Below, in pieces: positions 16,625-25,761 of a DNA stretch of 54,627 bases. Where the stretch lies: positions 1 through 54,627 of the IMG/VR virus record IMGVR_UViG_3300027741_000082; one strand, given 5' to 3'. Made by a program: the position numbers and the translations under genes. The first letter of the stretch is position 1. Each line of letters starts with the position of its first letter. The notes beneath the pieces were generated by a model. It did no database searches. It was given only the letters and a program-made list of their open reading frames with translations, and was not told the origin of the DNA. This DNA is from a virus. Taxonomy: Duplodnaviria > Caudoviricetes.

Positions 16625-17533
16625 ATGGCTATTACTCGTTCACAACTCCTCAAAGAGCTTGAGCCGGGCCTCAATGCACTCTTTGGGATGGAATATGATC
16701 GTTACGACAACGAGCATGCCGAGATTTTCGACACGGAAAATTCTGACCGTGCCTTCGAAGAAGAAGTCATGCTGGCTGGTTTCGGTCAGGCCCCAGTAAA
16801 GGGCGAAGGTGCAGCGATCACTTACGACACCGCTGGTGAATCGTATACTGCCCGCTACACCCATGACACCATTGCCATCGCGTTTGCGATCACCGAAGAA
16901 GCTGTCGAAGATAATCTCTACGACAAACTCTCGGCCCGCTATACCCGTGCAATGGCGCGTTCGATGTCCAACACCAAACAGGTGAAGGCTGCTTCGGTCC
17001 TCAACAACGCTTTCTCCTCGTCCTATCTGGGCGGCGATGGCGTGTCGATGGTCAACAGCGCACATCCTACCTTCGGTGGCGGTACGTTTGCGAACACCCC
17101 AACCACTCAGGCTGACTTGAACGAAACCTCGCTCGAACAGGCTCTGATTGATATCGCAGCTTTCATCGACGAACGCGGCCTGAAAATCGCTCTTCGTGGC
17201 ATGAAGCTGATTATCAACCCAGCTCTCCAGTTCACCGCCGAGCGTATCCTCAAGTCCGATCAGCGCGTTTCGACCGCTGACAACGACCTGAACGCGATCA
17301 AGTCAGGCGGCTATTTGCCGCAGGGCTTTACCGTGAACCACTTCTTGACCGACCCTGATGCGTTCTTCATCAAGACTGACGCACCAAATGGCTTGAAGCA
17401 CTTCGTTCGTTCGCCAATCAAGACTGCAATGGAAGGCGACTTTGAAACGGGCAACGCTCGTTATAAGGCCCGCGAGCGTTACAGCTTCGGTTGGTCTGAT
17501 CCTCGTGCGATCTACGGTTCGCAGGGTGCGTAA
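16625..17533 (+). CDS. Major capsid protein (Mu gpT-like family)
   Basis: MAITRSQLLKELEPGLNALFG..DFETGN.RYKARERYSFGWSDPR; AAGGAG RBS; followed by a terminator. Confidence 0.92.
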   Translation: MAITRSQLLKELEPGLNALFGMEYDRYDNEHAEIFDTENSDRAFEEEVMLAGFGQAPVKGEGAAITYDTAGESYTARYTHDTIAIAFAITEEAVEDNLYDKLSARYTRAMARSMSNTKQVKAASVLNNAFSSSYLGGDGVSMVNSAHPTFGGGTFANTPTTQADLNETSLEQALIDIAAFIDERGLKIALRGMKLIINPALQFTAERILKSDQRVSTADNDLNAIKSGGYLPQGFTVNHFLTDPDAFFIKTDAPNGLKHFVRSPIKTAMEGDFETGNARYKARERYSFGWSDPRAIYGSQGA

Positions 17534-17556
17534 GCACTAAGTGCGGCAACAAAATT

Positions 17557-17588
17557 AAGGGGGTTGGCCTTGTGTCAGCCCCCTTTTT
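17557..17588 (+). terminator. Intrinsic terminator after MCP
   Basis: AAGGGGGTTGGC-CTTGT-GTCAGCCCCCTT followed by TTT. Confidence 0.85.
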
Positions 17589-17597
17589 CGTATAGTC

Positions 17598-17678
17598 TCT
17601 GTGCAGTCCGGGGGTTCCGGCTATGTTGACCGTCCCGGCGGACGCTGCACAGACAACATGGCTTACATCGTGCAGGAG
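17598..17678 (+). ncRNA. Structured RNA downstream of the MCP terminator, probably the Mu-gpT-DE motif
   Basis: Stem 17620-17628/17654-17662, inner CGTC/GACG, pseudoknot 17608-17612/17634-17638; position fits my recollection of the Mu-gpT downstream element. Confidence 0.65.
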
Positions 17679-17686
17679 TTTATACG

Positions 17687-18166
17687 ATGGGTATTACCAC
17701 TTTCTCTGGTCCCGTTAAAGTCGGCGACATCAAATTCACCACTGGCACAACCTTGGGCCAAGACGTAGCCAACCTTGGCACGGTCATCTCCATGCAGTCC
17801 GAAACCGTTTCTCAGGCGGGCGCAGGGGCAGACGGCATTTATACTTCCAACATCGTCATCCCCGCCGGTAGCACCATTACCTCCATTCAGCTGTTCATCA
17901 CCGCTATTTGGTCTGGCAGTTCGTCAACCCTCGGTGTTGGCACAACTGGGTCAGCTACTTATTTGACTGCTGCTGGTGCAGTGGCTGGTGGTACTCTTGG
18001 CATTATTGCCGCTACCGCTGGTGCAGATGCAACCCGTATCGGTAACTGGGCAAACGTTGGCACAACCGATATTCGTATCCGCCTGACCTCGACCAACACC
18101 GGCACAGGAACAGGCGTCTTGGTTGTTAGTTATGCTCAGAACCCTAACCTGACCTTTGTGGTCTAA
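17687..18166 (+). CDS. Virion structural protein
   Basis: MGITTFSGPV start; G/T/A-rich beta protein. Confidence 0.75.
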   Translation: MGITTFSGPVKVGDIKFTTGTTLGQDVANLGTVISMQSETVSQAGAGADGIYTSNIVIPAGSTITSIQLFITAIWSGSSSTLGVGTTGSATYLTAAGAVAGGTLGIIAATAGADATRIGNWANVGTTDIRIRLTSTNTGTGTGVLVVSYAQNPNLTFVV

Positions 18167-18181
18167 TAATAGGGGGCCGCA

Positions 18182-18580
18182 ATGGCTGACACTGTAGCAA
18201 CACAGCTTCTTTATGATGGCGTTAAAAAAGCCATCATGAAGTTTACCAATGCCTCCGATGGCACAGGGGAAACCGCTGTTAAGAAGGTGGATGTTACAAC
18301 CCTGTCCACCTACTTTGGCAAGGCATGTTCCGCTGTTCAGATTGAACGCATCTACGGTCTTACGCATGGAATGGAAGTTCGTTTGCTGTGGGAAGCTACA
18401 GCAAACGTAACTATCCTTACATTTCCGCAAAATGCCGCTCAGACAATGGACTTTACGGATTCCGTTAATCTGACCAACAACGCAACTACGGGTAAAACAG
18501 GCAACATCCTGTTTACTACGTTGGATGCCTCTGCCGGGGATGCTTACACAATCATCCTCGTCTTGCGTAAAATCTACTGA
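18182..18580 (+). CDS. Virion structural protein
   Basis: MADTVATQ..SDGTGE..KVDV; late-operon context. Confidence 0.75.
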   Translation: MADTVATQLLYDGVKKAIMKFTNASDGTGETAVKKVDVTTLSTYFGKACSAVQIERIYGLTHGMEVRLLWEATANVTILTFPQNAAQTMDFTDSVNLTNNATTGKTGNILFTTLDASAGDAYTIILVLRKIY

Positions 18581-18592
18581 GCTGGGCGGGGT

Positions 18593-18838
18593 GTGATGAA
18601 CATATCCATTGATTTAGTGTGGAACATGCTTCACACCCTCCTCATTGTCCCGATGGGGTGGGTACTAGTATATCTTAACAGCCAGCAAAACCAACTCTGG
18701 AAAACCGTATCTGAAACCAGAGAAAAGTACGTTACAAAAGCAGAGTTACAAAGCGACCTAGCCTTAATGCACAAAAGGTTTGATCGTATTGAAGAAAAAA
18801 TAGACCGTCTCATCGCAGACCATCTTGTGAAACGCTAG
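18593..18838 (+). CDS. Small membrane protein (one TM plus coiled coil)
   Basis: Hydrophobic N-terminus, RFDRIEEKIDRL. Confidence 0.7.
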   Translation: MMNISIDLVWNMLHTLLIVPMGWVLVYLNSQQNQLWKTVSETREKYVTKAELQSDLALMHKRFDRIEEKIDRLIADHLVKR

Positions 18839-18848
18839 GAGAACTACC

Positions 18849-19286
18849 ATGGCCCTTATGAAAAAACCCGGCAAAAACGACTCCATGCCAAAGCGCATCC
18901 GTCAACGTGCCATGAACATGGCAATGGCGGACCGCCGTGGAGCGGGTGCTCCCATGCCCCCCGCTATGTCCGATGCTCCAATGATGACCTCCCCCATGTC
19001 CCCCGGTGCTGCTCCCCCTGCCATGAAAAAGGGCGGTGCTGTTAAGGAAAAAGGCAGCAAGGAAGTTTACGCTTCCAAGGCCGCAATGAAGAAGCACGAA
19101 GCTGGCGAAAGCAAGCGTAAAGAAGCCAAAGAGCACAAGATGCGTGGCGGCGGTGTAGCTACTCGCGGCATGGGGGTAGCTTTGAAAAAGGGCGGTCTCC
19201 CAAATGTCGGTCGCGTCAAAGGCGTTACACCCAACAAGCCTAAACTTATGGTTGTCATCGCTGTTGGCAAAGGCAAAAAGAAATGA
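18849..19286 (+). CDS. Basic low-complexity protein with three xxxGG motifs
   Basis: MKKGG, MRGGG, LKKGG; AGGAG RBS. Confidence 0.75.
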   Translation: MALMKKPGKNDSMPKRIRQRAMNMAMADRRGAGAPMPPAMSDAPMMTSPMSPGAAPPAMKKGGAVKEKGSKEVYASKAAMKKHEAGESKRKEAKEHKMRGGGVATRGMGVALKKGGLPNVGRVKGVTPNKPKLMVVIAVGKGKKK

Positions 19287-19615
19287 AAAAGCTGACGGCC
19301 AAACAAAAGAAAATCGGCAAAGTAATGCACGAGTTCAAGGCTGGCAGTCTGCACTCTGGCAAAGGTGGCCCCCTTGTTAAGAGCCCCAAACAAGCAGTTG
19401 CCATTGCGTTATCTGAGTCAAAGGGTCTTGCTAAAGGTGGTGAGTGGATCAAGGATGCGATCAAAAACCCCGGTGCTCTTCGTAAGTCCTTGAAAGTCCC
19501 TGCTGGAGAAAAGATTCCAGCGGCTAAACTGGCTGCTGCTTCTAAGTCTTCCAACCCAACTCTTGCCAAACGCGCCAATCTTGCGAAGACACTTCGCGGA
19601 CTTAACAAAAGTTAA
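19283..19615 (+). CDS. Small basic protein (DUF6496-like N-terminus)
   Basis: KVMHEFKAGSLHSG..KQAVAIALSE then LAKGG then WIKDAIKNPGALR. Confidence 0.7.
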   Translation: MKKLTAKQKKIGKVMHEFKAGSLHSGKGGPLVKSPKQAVAIALSESKGLAKGGEWIKDAIKNPGALRKSLKVPAGEKIPAAKLAAASKSSNPTLAKRANLAKTLRGLNKS

Positions 19616-19699
19616 AGTAAGGATGTACTGATGTCCCAGCGCGGATCACTTAATCTTGGAATCCTAACCAACCCCGAAGAAGACAAAGGAAAAAGTACC

Positions 19700-19987
19700 A
19701 TGGCTAAAATGAGCATGAAGGAGTGGGAAGGTTCTAAGAAGGACCTCCAGCAGGACAAGAAGTTGGCTAAGAAGCATGGTATGTCTCTTGCCGATTGGGA
19801 AAAATCTAGCATGGACACCAAGCACGACAAGCAGCAATCTCCAAAAGGTTTGCGCGGCGGCGGCATTGCAACTCGTGGCATGGGCGTTGCTCTCAATCAT
19901 GGGGGCTCCGTTTGCAAGGCTGGCGGCGGCATGGTAACTCCTAAGGGGGCTGGCGTAGGTCGGTCGAAAAGCTGCAAGGTAAGCTAA
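19700..19987 (+). CDS. Small basic protein with GG motifs
   Basis: Start moved to MAKMSMKEW after AAGGA; RGGGIATRGMGVAL nearly identical to the 18849 gene. Confidence 0.7.
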   Translation: MAKMSMKEWEGSKKDLQQDKKLAKKHGMSLADWEKSSMDTKHDKQQSPKGLRGGGIATRGMGVALNHGGSVCKAGGGMVTPKGAGVGRSKSCKVS

Positions 19988-19988
19988 G

Positions 19989-20693
19989 ATGGCAACTTCC
20001 GGCACGAAGACGTTCAACCTCGATCTAGGTGAATACATCGAGGAAGCTTTTGAGCGGTGTGGTATCGAGGTCCGTACGGGCTATGATCAGCGCACGGCTC
20101 GCCGAAGCTTGAACCTCTTGCTGGCAGAGTGGGCAAACCGTGGGTTGAACCAATGGACGATTGCTCGTGATTCGATTACGGTGTCTGCTAATGGTGGGGT
20201 CAATTCGGATGGTCTGACTTACGAACTTCCCACTTCCACCATTGATATCATCTCAATGGCCTGTCGGTTTGTTAACACTGCTGCCTCTCAAAACCAGCAG
20301 GACCTAACCGTTGACCGAATCAGCCGCGATTATTACCTCAGCATTCCGAACAAACTCTCAGTTGGGCGACCCCTTCAGTTTTATGTCAACCGTCAGATCA
20401 CTCCTCAGCTTATTATATGGCCTCGGCCCAATCAGGATTATTACCTTATTGTTGATAAGCTCGTCCGTATGGATGATGCTGGAAGCGGCGCAAACACACT
20501 CGACATCCCTTTCCGCTTCTATCCCTGTCTTGTGGCTGGTCTTGCTTATTATATCGCTATGAAGAAAGCCCCGGATCGTGTGCAGCTCTTGAAGGCTGTA
20601 TACGAGGAAGAGTTTGACAGAGCCAAGAGTGAGGACCGTGACCGCGCTTCACTGCAACTTACTCCGGTGAGGAACTGGTATAGGGTAGTGTAA
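19989..20693 (+). CDS. Head-tail adaptor / tail tubular protein
   Basis: IEEAFERCG..ARRSLNLL..EWANRG; RFYPCLVAGLAYY. Confidence 0.7.
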   Translation: MATSGTKTFNLDLGEYIEEAFERCGIEVRTGYDQRTARRSLNLLLAEWANRGLNQWTIARDSITVSANGGVNSDGLTYELPTSTIDIISMACRFVNTAASQNQQDLTVDRISRDYYLSIPNKLSVGRPLQFYVNRQITPQLIIWPRPNQDYYLIVDKLVRMDDAGSGANTLDIPFRFYPCLVAGLAYYIAMKKAPDRVQLLKAVYEEEFDRAKSEDRDRASLQLTPVRNWYRVV

Positions 20694-20694
20694 T

Positions 20695-21000
20695 ATGGGC
20701 AAATACGCAGGAGGCAACTATGCAATTGCGCTATGTGACCGCTGTGGTCTCCAGTACCGTAACAACTCTTTAAAGAAAGAGTGGAATGGGTTGCGGACTT
20801 GCGTCGAATGCTGGGAACCAAAGCATCCGCAGATCCAGCCTATCTTCCCACCCACCGAGCCACAAGCTTTGTTTGAGCCGCGCCCAAGCCGGGTTGAACC
20901 AATGGACGTTCCGGTGGGTCAAGACATTTTTCCTTATCTTCAGAACATCAGCACACAGGGTGTTATGCAGATTGGTATCGTTACGGTGAGTATCACATAA
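20695..21000 (+). CDS. Small CxxC-CxxC protein
   Basis: CDRCG..CVECWEPKHPQ. Confidence 0.75.
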   Translation: MGKYAGGNYAIALCDRCGLQYRNNSLKKEWNGLRTCVECWEPKHPQIQPIFPPTEPQALFEPRPSRVEPMDVPVGQDIFPYLQNISTQGVMQIGIVTVSIT

Positions 21001-21635
21001 TGGCATGGACATACACGACGCTGGTACAAGCGGTAAAGGATTTCACCGAATACGATGAAACAACCTTTAACTCTTACATCCCCACCTTTATTCGCAACTG
21101 CGAAGAACGGATTCTGTTTTCCGTTCAGTTAGTCGATTTTCGTTATAATGTCTCCGGTACAACGACTGCCAGCAACAAGTACCTTGGTTTGCCCGCAGAT
21201 TTTTTGGCATCCTATTCGTTAAGCGTGACTGTCAGCGGGGAAACTTCTTTCCTATTGAACAAGGACGTTGAGTTCCTCCAAGAGTATAATCCTTCTGGTG
21301 CTACAGGAACCCCAAAGTATTATGCTTTGTATGATAAAAGTACGTTCCTTTTAGCCCCGGTTCCTGCTGGTGCTTACCCTGTGGAGCTGCATTATTTCTA
21401 TCAGCCCGCCTCAATTGTAGATACAGGTACATCTTGGCTGGGGGACAATGCAGAACAAGCCCTTCTTTACGGAACATTATTTGAGGCTTATACCTATATG
21501 AAGGGCGAGCAGGATTTGTTGAACTTATATAATCAACGGTTCGCGGAAGCATTAGCTCGCTTGAAGAACTACGGTGAGGGTCTCGAAGATGAGGATGCTT
21601 ATCGGGATGGTTTAGTCAAAACAAAGGCAACATAG
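21000..21635 (+). CDS. Head-tail adaptor-like protein
   Basis: FIRNCEERI..GTPKYYA..LLYGTL.EAY.YMKG. Confidence 0.65.
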   Translation: MAWTYTTLVQAVKDFTEYDETTFNSYIPTFIRNCEERILFSVQLVDFRYNVSGTTTASNKYLGLPADFLASYSLSVTVSGETSFLLNKDVEFLQEYNPSGATGTPKYYALYDKSTFLLAPVPAGAYPVELHYFYQPASIVDTGTSWLGDNAEQALLYGTLFEAYTYMKGEQDLLNLYNQRFAEALARLKNYGEGLEDEDAYRDGLVKTKAT

Positions 21636-21636
21636 A

Positions 21637-21927
21637 ATGGTTGGTAGTCAAGGTACGGTCGGTGGTTTCAGAGTTGATGTTGAAACCTCTTCAAATGGTG
21701 GTCACCCACCGGAGTTCTGGGCAAAGCGGGCCGCTGATCGCATTGTCTCTGTTTCCGAAACAGCGCACCCTGCAATCCGTGAACAGGCCGTAGCCTTTAA
21801 GGATTTAGTGGAACAAGTAGTGCTTGATCACATAAAACGTGCTATATCCTGTGACAGGACCACGGTCAGCCATCTGGTAACAGAAGCTGGTCATCCTTAT
21901 TTAGCTGAACTTTTGAGGAGGCCATAA
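21637..21927 (+). CDS. Hypothetical late protein
   Basis: Tightly coupled ORF in the late operon. Confidence 0.7.
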   Translation: MVGSQGTVGGFRVDVETSSNGGHPPEFWAKRAADRIVSVSETAHPAIREQAVAFKDLVEQVVLDHIKRAISCDRTTVSHLVTEAGHPYLAELLRRP

Positions 21928-22385
21928 TGGCATTCACTGGCAATTTCATGGCAACTTCCTTCAAGTTGCAGCTGTTGAGCGGCATCCACGCTTTCAACAC
22001 TTCTGTCGTTCGTGCAGGGACGGGCGCAGATACTTTCAAAATCGCTTTGTATACCTCCTCGGCAACTCTTGATGCCTCAACGACGGTATACTCCTCGACC
22101 AACGAAACAACCAATACGACGGGCACAGCTTACACGGCTGGCGGTAATACGCTGACAAGTCCAACCACTTCTTCCAGTGGCACAACGGCTTGGGCAGATT
22201 TTGCTGACAGCTCGTGGTCTACGGCTTCTTTTACGGCTCGTGGCGCGTTGATTTACAACTCGACTCAGAGCAACAAGGCTGTTGTTGTGCTGGACTTCGG
22301 TGCGGATAAGACCGCTTCAGCTGGTACATTCACGGTTGTATTCCCCACCGCCGACGCTTCCAACGCTATCATTCGTATTGCGTAA
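21927..22385 (+). CDS. Virion structural (tail-associated) protein
   Basis: FKIALYTSSA..YTAGG..TARGALIYN..VLDFG; GGAGG RBS. Confidence 0.75.
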   Translation: MAFTGNFMATSFKLQLLSGIHAFNTSVVRAGTGADTFKIALYTSSATLDASTTVYSSTNETTNTTGTAYTAGGNTLTSPTTSSSGTTAWADFADSSWSTASFTARGALIYNSTQSNKAVVVLDFGADKTASAGTFTVVFPTADASNAIIRIA

Positions 22386-22391
22386 TGACCA

Positions 22392-23303
22392 ATGACCGAT
22401 GCAATCGTAGCCTTTGAAGGATGGGACCGGTCCCAAGGTTGGGGACTGGGCGCATTTGGCACGGATGCGATTGCTATCGGTCTGGCTACCGGTGATGTAG
22501 CTTCGTCAGCTACTATTGTTGCAGATGCTAACGTCAGTCCAACTGGCGTTGAGGCAACAGCAAGTGTGGGCTCCGTTGTAGCGGTAGTTGATGTCAGCAT
22601 CAATCTGACGGGAGTATCAGCTACGGGGGATGTGGCATCCTCCGCCACAGTTACGGCAGATGCCAATGTTAGCCCAACCGGCCTTTCTTCCACTGGAAGT
22701 GTGGGCTCTGCTACGGTCACGGCAGATGCCAATGTTAGCCCAACGGGGGTTGAGGCAACAGGTGGTATTGGGACAGTTGATTTTATACTGAGCCCCAATA
22801 TCAGTCCAACAGGGGTTTCTGCTACTGGGGATGTTGCGTCTTCTGCCACGGTTACTGCGGATGCTAATGTCAGTCCAACGGGCCTTACTTCTACGGGAAG
22901 TGTGGGCTCTACTACTGTTACTGCGGATGCAAATGTCAGTCCGACCGGTATCGAAGCCACTGGATACATTGGAACAGTTGACTTCATCCAGAGTCCAAAT
23001 GTTTCTGTAACGGGTGTGTCTGGGTCGGGTTCGGCAGGACAGGTAGACATTACCTCGGTCAACTTGATTGATGTAACGGGTCTATCTGCGACAGGTAGTG
23101 CTGGCTCAGTCACCATCATAGCAGATGCAAATGTCAGTCTTGCGGGGGTTTCCGCAATAGGGTATGGTGGGCAAGTTCTCGTTTGGGGGAATGTCGTTCC
23201 TAATCAAACGCCTAGTTGGACACAAGTGGTCCCAAGTGGAAGCCCTGCTTGGACCCCCACCTCTCCATCTCAGACCCCCAACTGGATTCAGATTGCCGCG
23301 TAG
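22392..23303 (+). CDS. Repeat-rich fibre-like structural protein
   Basis: About ten degenerate 25-aa repeats (ADANVSPTGxxATGxVGS). Confidence 0.7.
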   Translation: MTDAIVAFEGWDRSQGWGLGAFGTDAIAIGLATGDVASSATIVADANVSPTGVEATASVGSVVAVVDVSINLTGVSATGDVASSATVTADANVSPTGLSSTGSVGSATVTADANVSPTGVEATGGIGTVDFILSPNISPTGVSATGDVASSATVTADANVSPTGLTSTGSVGSTTVTADANVSPTGIEATGYIGTVDFIQSPNVSVTGVSGSGSAGQVDITSVNLIDVTGLSATGSAGSVTIIADANVSLAGVSAIGYGGQVLVWGNVVPNQTPSWTQVVPSGSPAWTPTSPSQTPNWIQIAA

Positions 23304-23314
23304 GAGGCAGATAA

Positions 23315-25228
23315 ATGGCTAGCACTTATTCAACGAATCTTGGTCTCGAACTCATAGGGACGGGCGATCAGTCCGGTACATGGGGTGCTACAACCAATAC
23401 TAACCTCGGCACTCTGCTGGAAGAAGCAATCGGCGGGTATGTAACTCAAGCTATTACAGACGGCTCGGCGGCGACTACCACGATCACAATCCCCAACGGT
23501 GCTTCGGGTGTAGCGCGAAACATGTTCATTGAGATGACAGGCGCGTTGACGTATGCCACAACTAGCTTGATTGTTCCTGCCAAGGAAAAAATGTATTTTG
23601 TTTACAACAACACCTCCGGTGGTTTTGCTGTAACCGTGAAAGTGTCGGGTCAGACGGGGATACTCGTCCCCAATGGGAAGAAGGTAGTACTAACGTGTAA
23701 CGGCACAGACATCGTAGAGGCGCATACCGCTATCGTTGGCAATGCCACAATGGGTGGAACCCTCGGTGTAACGGGCGCGACTACTCTTAGTTCAACCCTC
23801 GGTGTAACGGGCGCGACTACTCTTAGTTCAACCCTCGGTGTAACGGGCGCGACTACTCTTAGTTCAACCCTCGGTGTAACGGGTATAACGACTGTTGCCG
23901 CGGGTAGCGCAGCACTCCCTGCCATTGTATCAACCACCGGCACAGCCGACACTGGTTTGTGGTTCCCCGCCGCCGATACAGTTGCGGCAAGTACGGGCGG
24001 CACTGAACGCATTCGTATCGACTCCAGCGGCAACGTGGGGATTGGGACAAGTTCGCCAAGCGCATCAGCAAAATTGACTCTTGCCGGGACATCAACAAAC
24101 TCAGCACTGCTTGTTTACAATAACACTGCTGCCGCTAATACAGGACTTTTTGGTTCTGTAGCAGCAATAACAGGTTCGGGAACTAGCAATGACCTTGCCA
24201 TTGGGGCGTTTGGTTCGTCCAACATGACGTTCTATACAAATGCTACCGAACGTATGCGCATCGACACCAGCGGCAACGTAGGGATTGGGACAAGTTCGCC
24301 AAGCACAAAGTTTACAGTAAGCGGAACACAAACAATCCGCGGCGCAGGAACTGATAACGGCATTTATACATGCCTTTATATGGACGAAAACACTGCACCA
24401 TACACAAGTACCTTTGCTGGTTATACGCTATCCCTAAACACTGGCAACAACAGCGCAAGAACATCAAGACTTTACATCGACCCCAGCGGCAACGTAGGGA
24501 TTGGGACAAATTCGCCGGGGGCTTTACTTCATGTAGGAACCACAACCGCAAAAATTAGGATTGGCGCAACTGCTGGTAGCGAATACTTGGATATTTCTAG
24601 GGATAGTGCAACTGGAAATATAATTTATAACGCCGCGCAAACCAGTTTCGGCACTCACAATTTTCAAATTGCTGGCATTGAAGCAATGCGCATCGACACC
24701 AGCGGCTATCTGCTGGTTGGTTGCACTTCTATTCCAAATGTAGGTATAGCAGGTCAATATGGTTTTTCTTCTTCTGTATCTGAAGTAGTCATTTCTAAAA
24801 ATACTTCAGGAAGTACACCTGCTATATATATCAGAACTAGTGCTGGTGCATCAAAAACACCAATAACTTTTTATAATGATACTTCACAAGTCGGTAGCAT
24901 TACCACGTCGACAACAGCAACGGCTTACAATACATCATCTGATCATCGCTTGAAAGAAAACGTGCATCCCATGACAACTGGGCTGGCGACAATCAGCGCG
25001 TTAAAGCCTGTCACATATGATTGGATTGGCGGTGATGAAAAAGGAGAAGGTTTTATTGCCCATGAATTGCAAGAGATTGTTCCTCTTGCGGTTTTTGGCA
25101 AAAAAGACGCAGTTGATGCTGATGGCAAACCTAAATATCAAGGCGTAGACTACAGCAAAATTGTTGTTCACCTCGTCGCCGCTATCAAAGAACTATCCGC
25201 AAAAGTTACCGCACTGGAGTCAAAATAA
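23315..25228 (+). CDS. Tail fibre with C-terminal peptidase S74 intramolecular chaperone
   Basis: RIDxSGNVGIGT repeats; SDHRLKEN..LKPVTY.W..GFIAHELQ..VDYSK. Confidence 0.88.
   Translation: MASTYSTNLGLELIGTGDQSGTWGATTNTNLGTLLEEAIGGYVTQAITDGSAATTTITIPNGASGVARNMFIEMTGALTYATTSLIVPAKEKMYFVYNNTSGGFAVTVKVSGQTGILVPNGKKVVLTCNGTDIVEAHTAIVGNATMGGTLGVTGATTLSSTLGVTGATTLSSTLGVTGATTLSSTLGVTGITTVAAGSAALPAIVSTTGTADTGLWFPAADTVAASTGGTERIRIDSSGNVGIGTSSPSASAKLTLAGTSTNSALLVYNNTAAANTGLFGSVAAITGSGTSNDLAIGAFGSSNMTFYTNATERMRIDTSGNVGIGTSSPSTKFTVSGTQTIRGAGTDNGIYTCLYMDENTAPYTSTFAGYTLSLNTGNNSARTSRLYIDPSGNVGIGTNSPGALLHVGTTTAKIRIGATAGSEYLDISRDSATGNIIYNAAQTSFGTHNFQIAGIEAMRIDTSGYLLVGCTSIPNVGIAGQYGFSSSVSEVVISKNTSGSTPAIYIRTSAGASKTPITFYNDTSQVGSITTSTTATAYNTSSDHRLKENVHPMTTGLATISALKPVTYDWIGGDEKGEGFIAHELQEIVPLAVFGKKDAVDADGKPKYQGVDYSKIVVHLVAAIKELSAKVTALESK
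23759..23883 (+). repeat. 36-bp perfect tandem repeat x3.5 in the tail fibre
   Basis: ACCCTCGGTGTAACGGGCGCGACTACTCTTAGTTCA. Confidence 0.95.
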
Positions 25229-25560
25229 TGTCCAATACTTACACTTGGTCCTTCCCAACGCTGTCGGCCTACCCTTCTTATGAAGGCGAAACTGACGTTG
25301 TGTTCACTGTGCATTGGGTAATGAATGGCACTGATGGCAATGGTCATTCCGGTTCTGTCTATGGCACGGTAGGCGTGACATATGCCGATGGTAGCCCATT
25401 CACGCCCTATGCTGATTTGACCGAAGCGCAGGTCACTGCATGGGTTATTGAAAGTCTCGGTGCAGAGCGCGTTGCTGAACTGGAAACCAGCATTGACAAT
25501 CAGATCCAGCAACAGGTATCACCTACCGTTGTCGACTTGCCTCCACCTTGGGCGGCTTAA
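25228..25560 (+). CDS. Tail-fibre-associated protein
   Basis: VHW..FTPYADLTEAQV..WV..PPW; follows the fibre gene. Confidence 0.7.
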   Translation: MSNTYTWSFPTLSAYPSYEGETDVVFTVHWVMNGTDGNGHSGSVYGTVGVTYADGSPFTPYADLTEAQVTAWVIESLGAERVAELETSIDNQIQQQVSPTVVDLPPPWAA

Positions 25561-25578
25561 CCAAGAGGAAGAAAGACT

Positions 25579-25752
25579 ATGAAAGTTACACTGGAATTTA
25601 CCGTCGACGAAGTAAACTATGTGCTGATGTCTCTGTCACAACGTCCGTTTGGGGAAGTGGTAGACCTTATTGCAAAGGTTAAATCTTCGGCACAATCACA
25701 GCTACAGGCTTCCGACTTGGTTGCCCCTATTGAGACTTCGACTACTCAATAA
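25579..25752 (+). CDS. Small 57-aa protein (not in ORF track)
   Basis: MKVTLEFTVDEVNYVLMSLSQRPFGEV..; GAGGA RBS. Confidence 0.7.
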   Translation: MKVTLEFTVDEVNYVLMSLSQRPFGEVVDLIAKVKSSAQSQLQASDLVAPIETSTTQ

Positions 25753-25761
25753 AGGACAGAC

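Noticed and set aside
22265-23119. Long antisense ORFs (also 29399-30163, 34592-35605, 40805-41740)
   Set aside because: Shadow frames of well-supported + strand genes, with no recognisable motifs
23315-25228. Diversity-generating retroelement acting on the tail fibre
   Set aside because: No reverse transcriptase and no adenine-specific TR/VR pair seen
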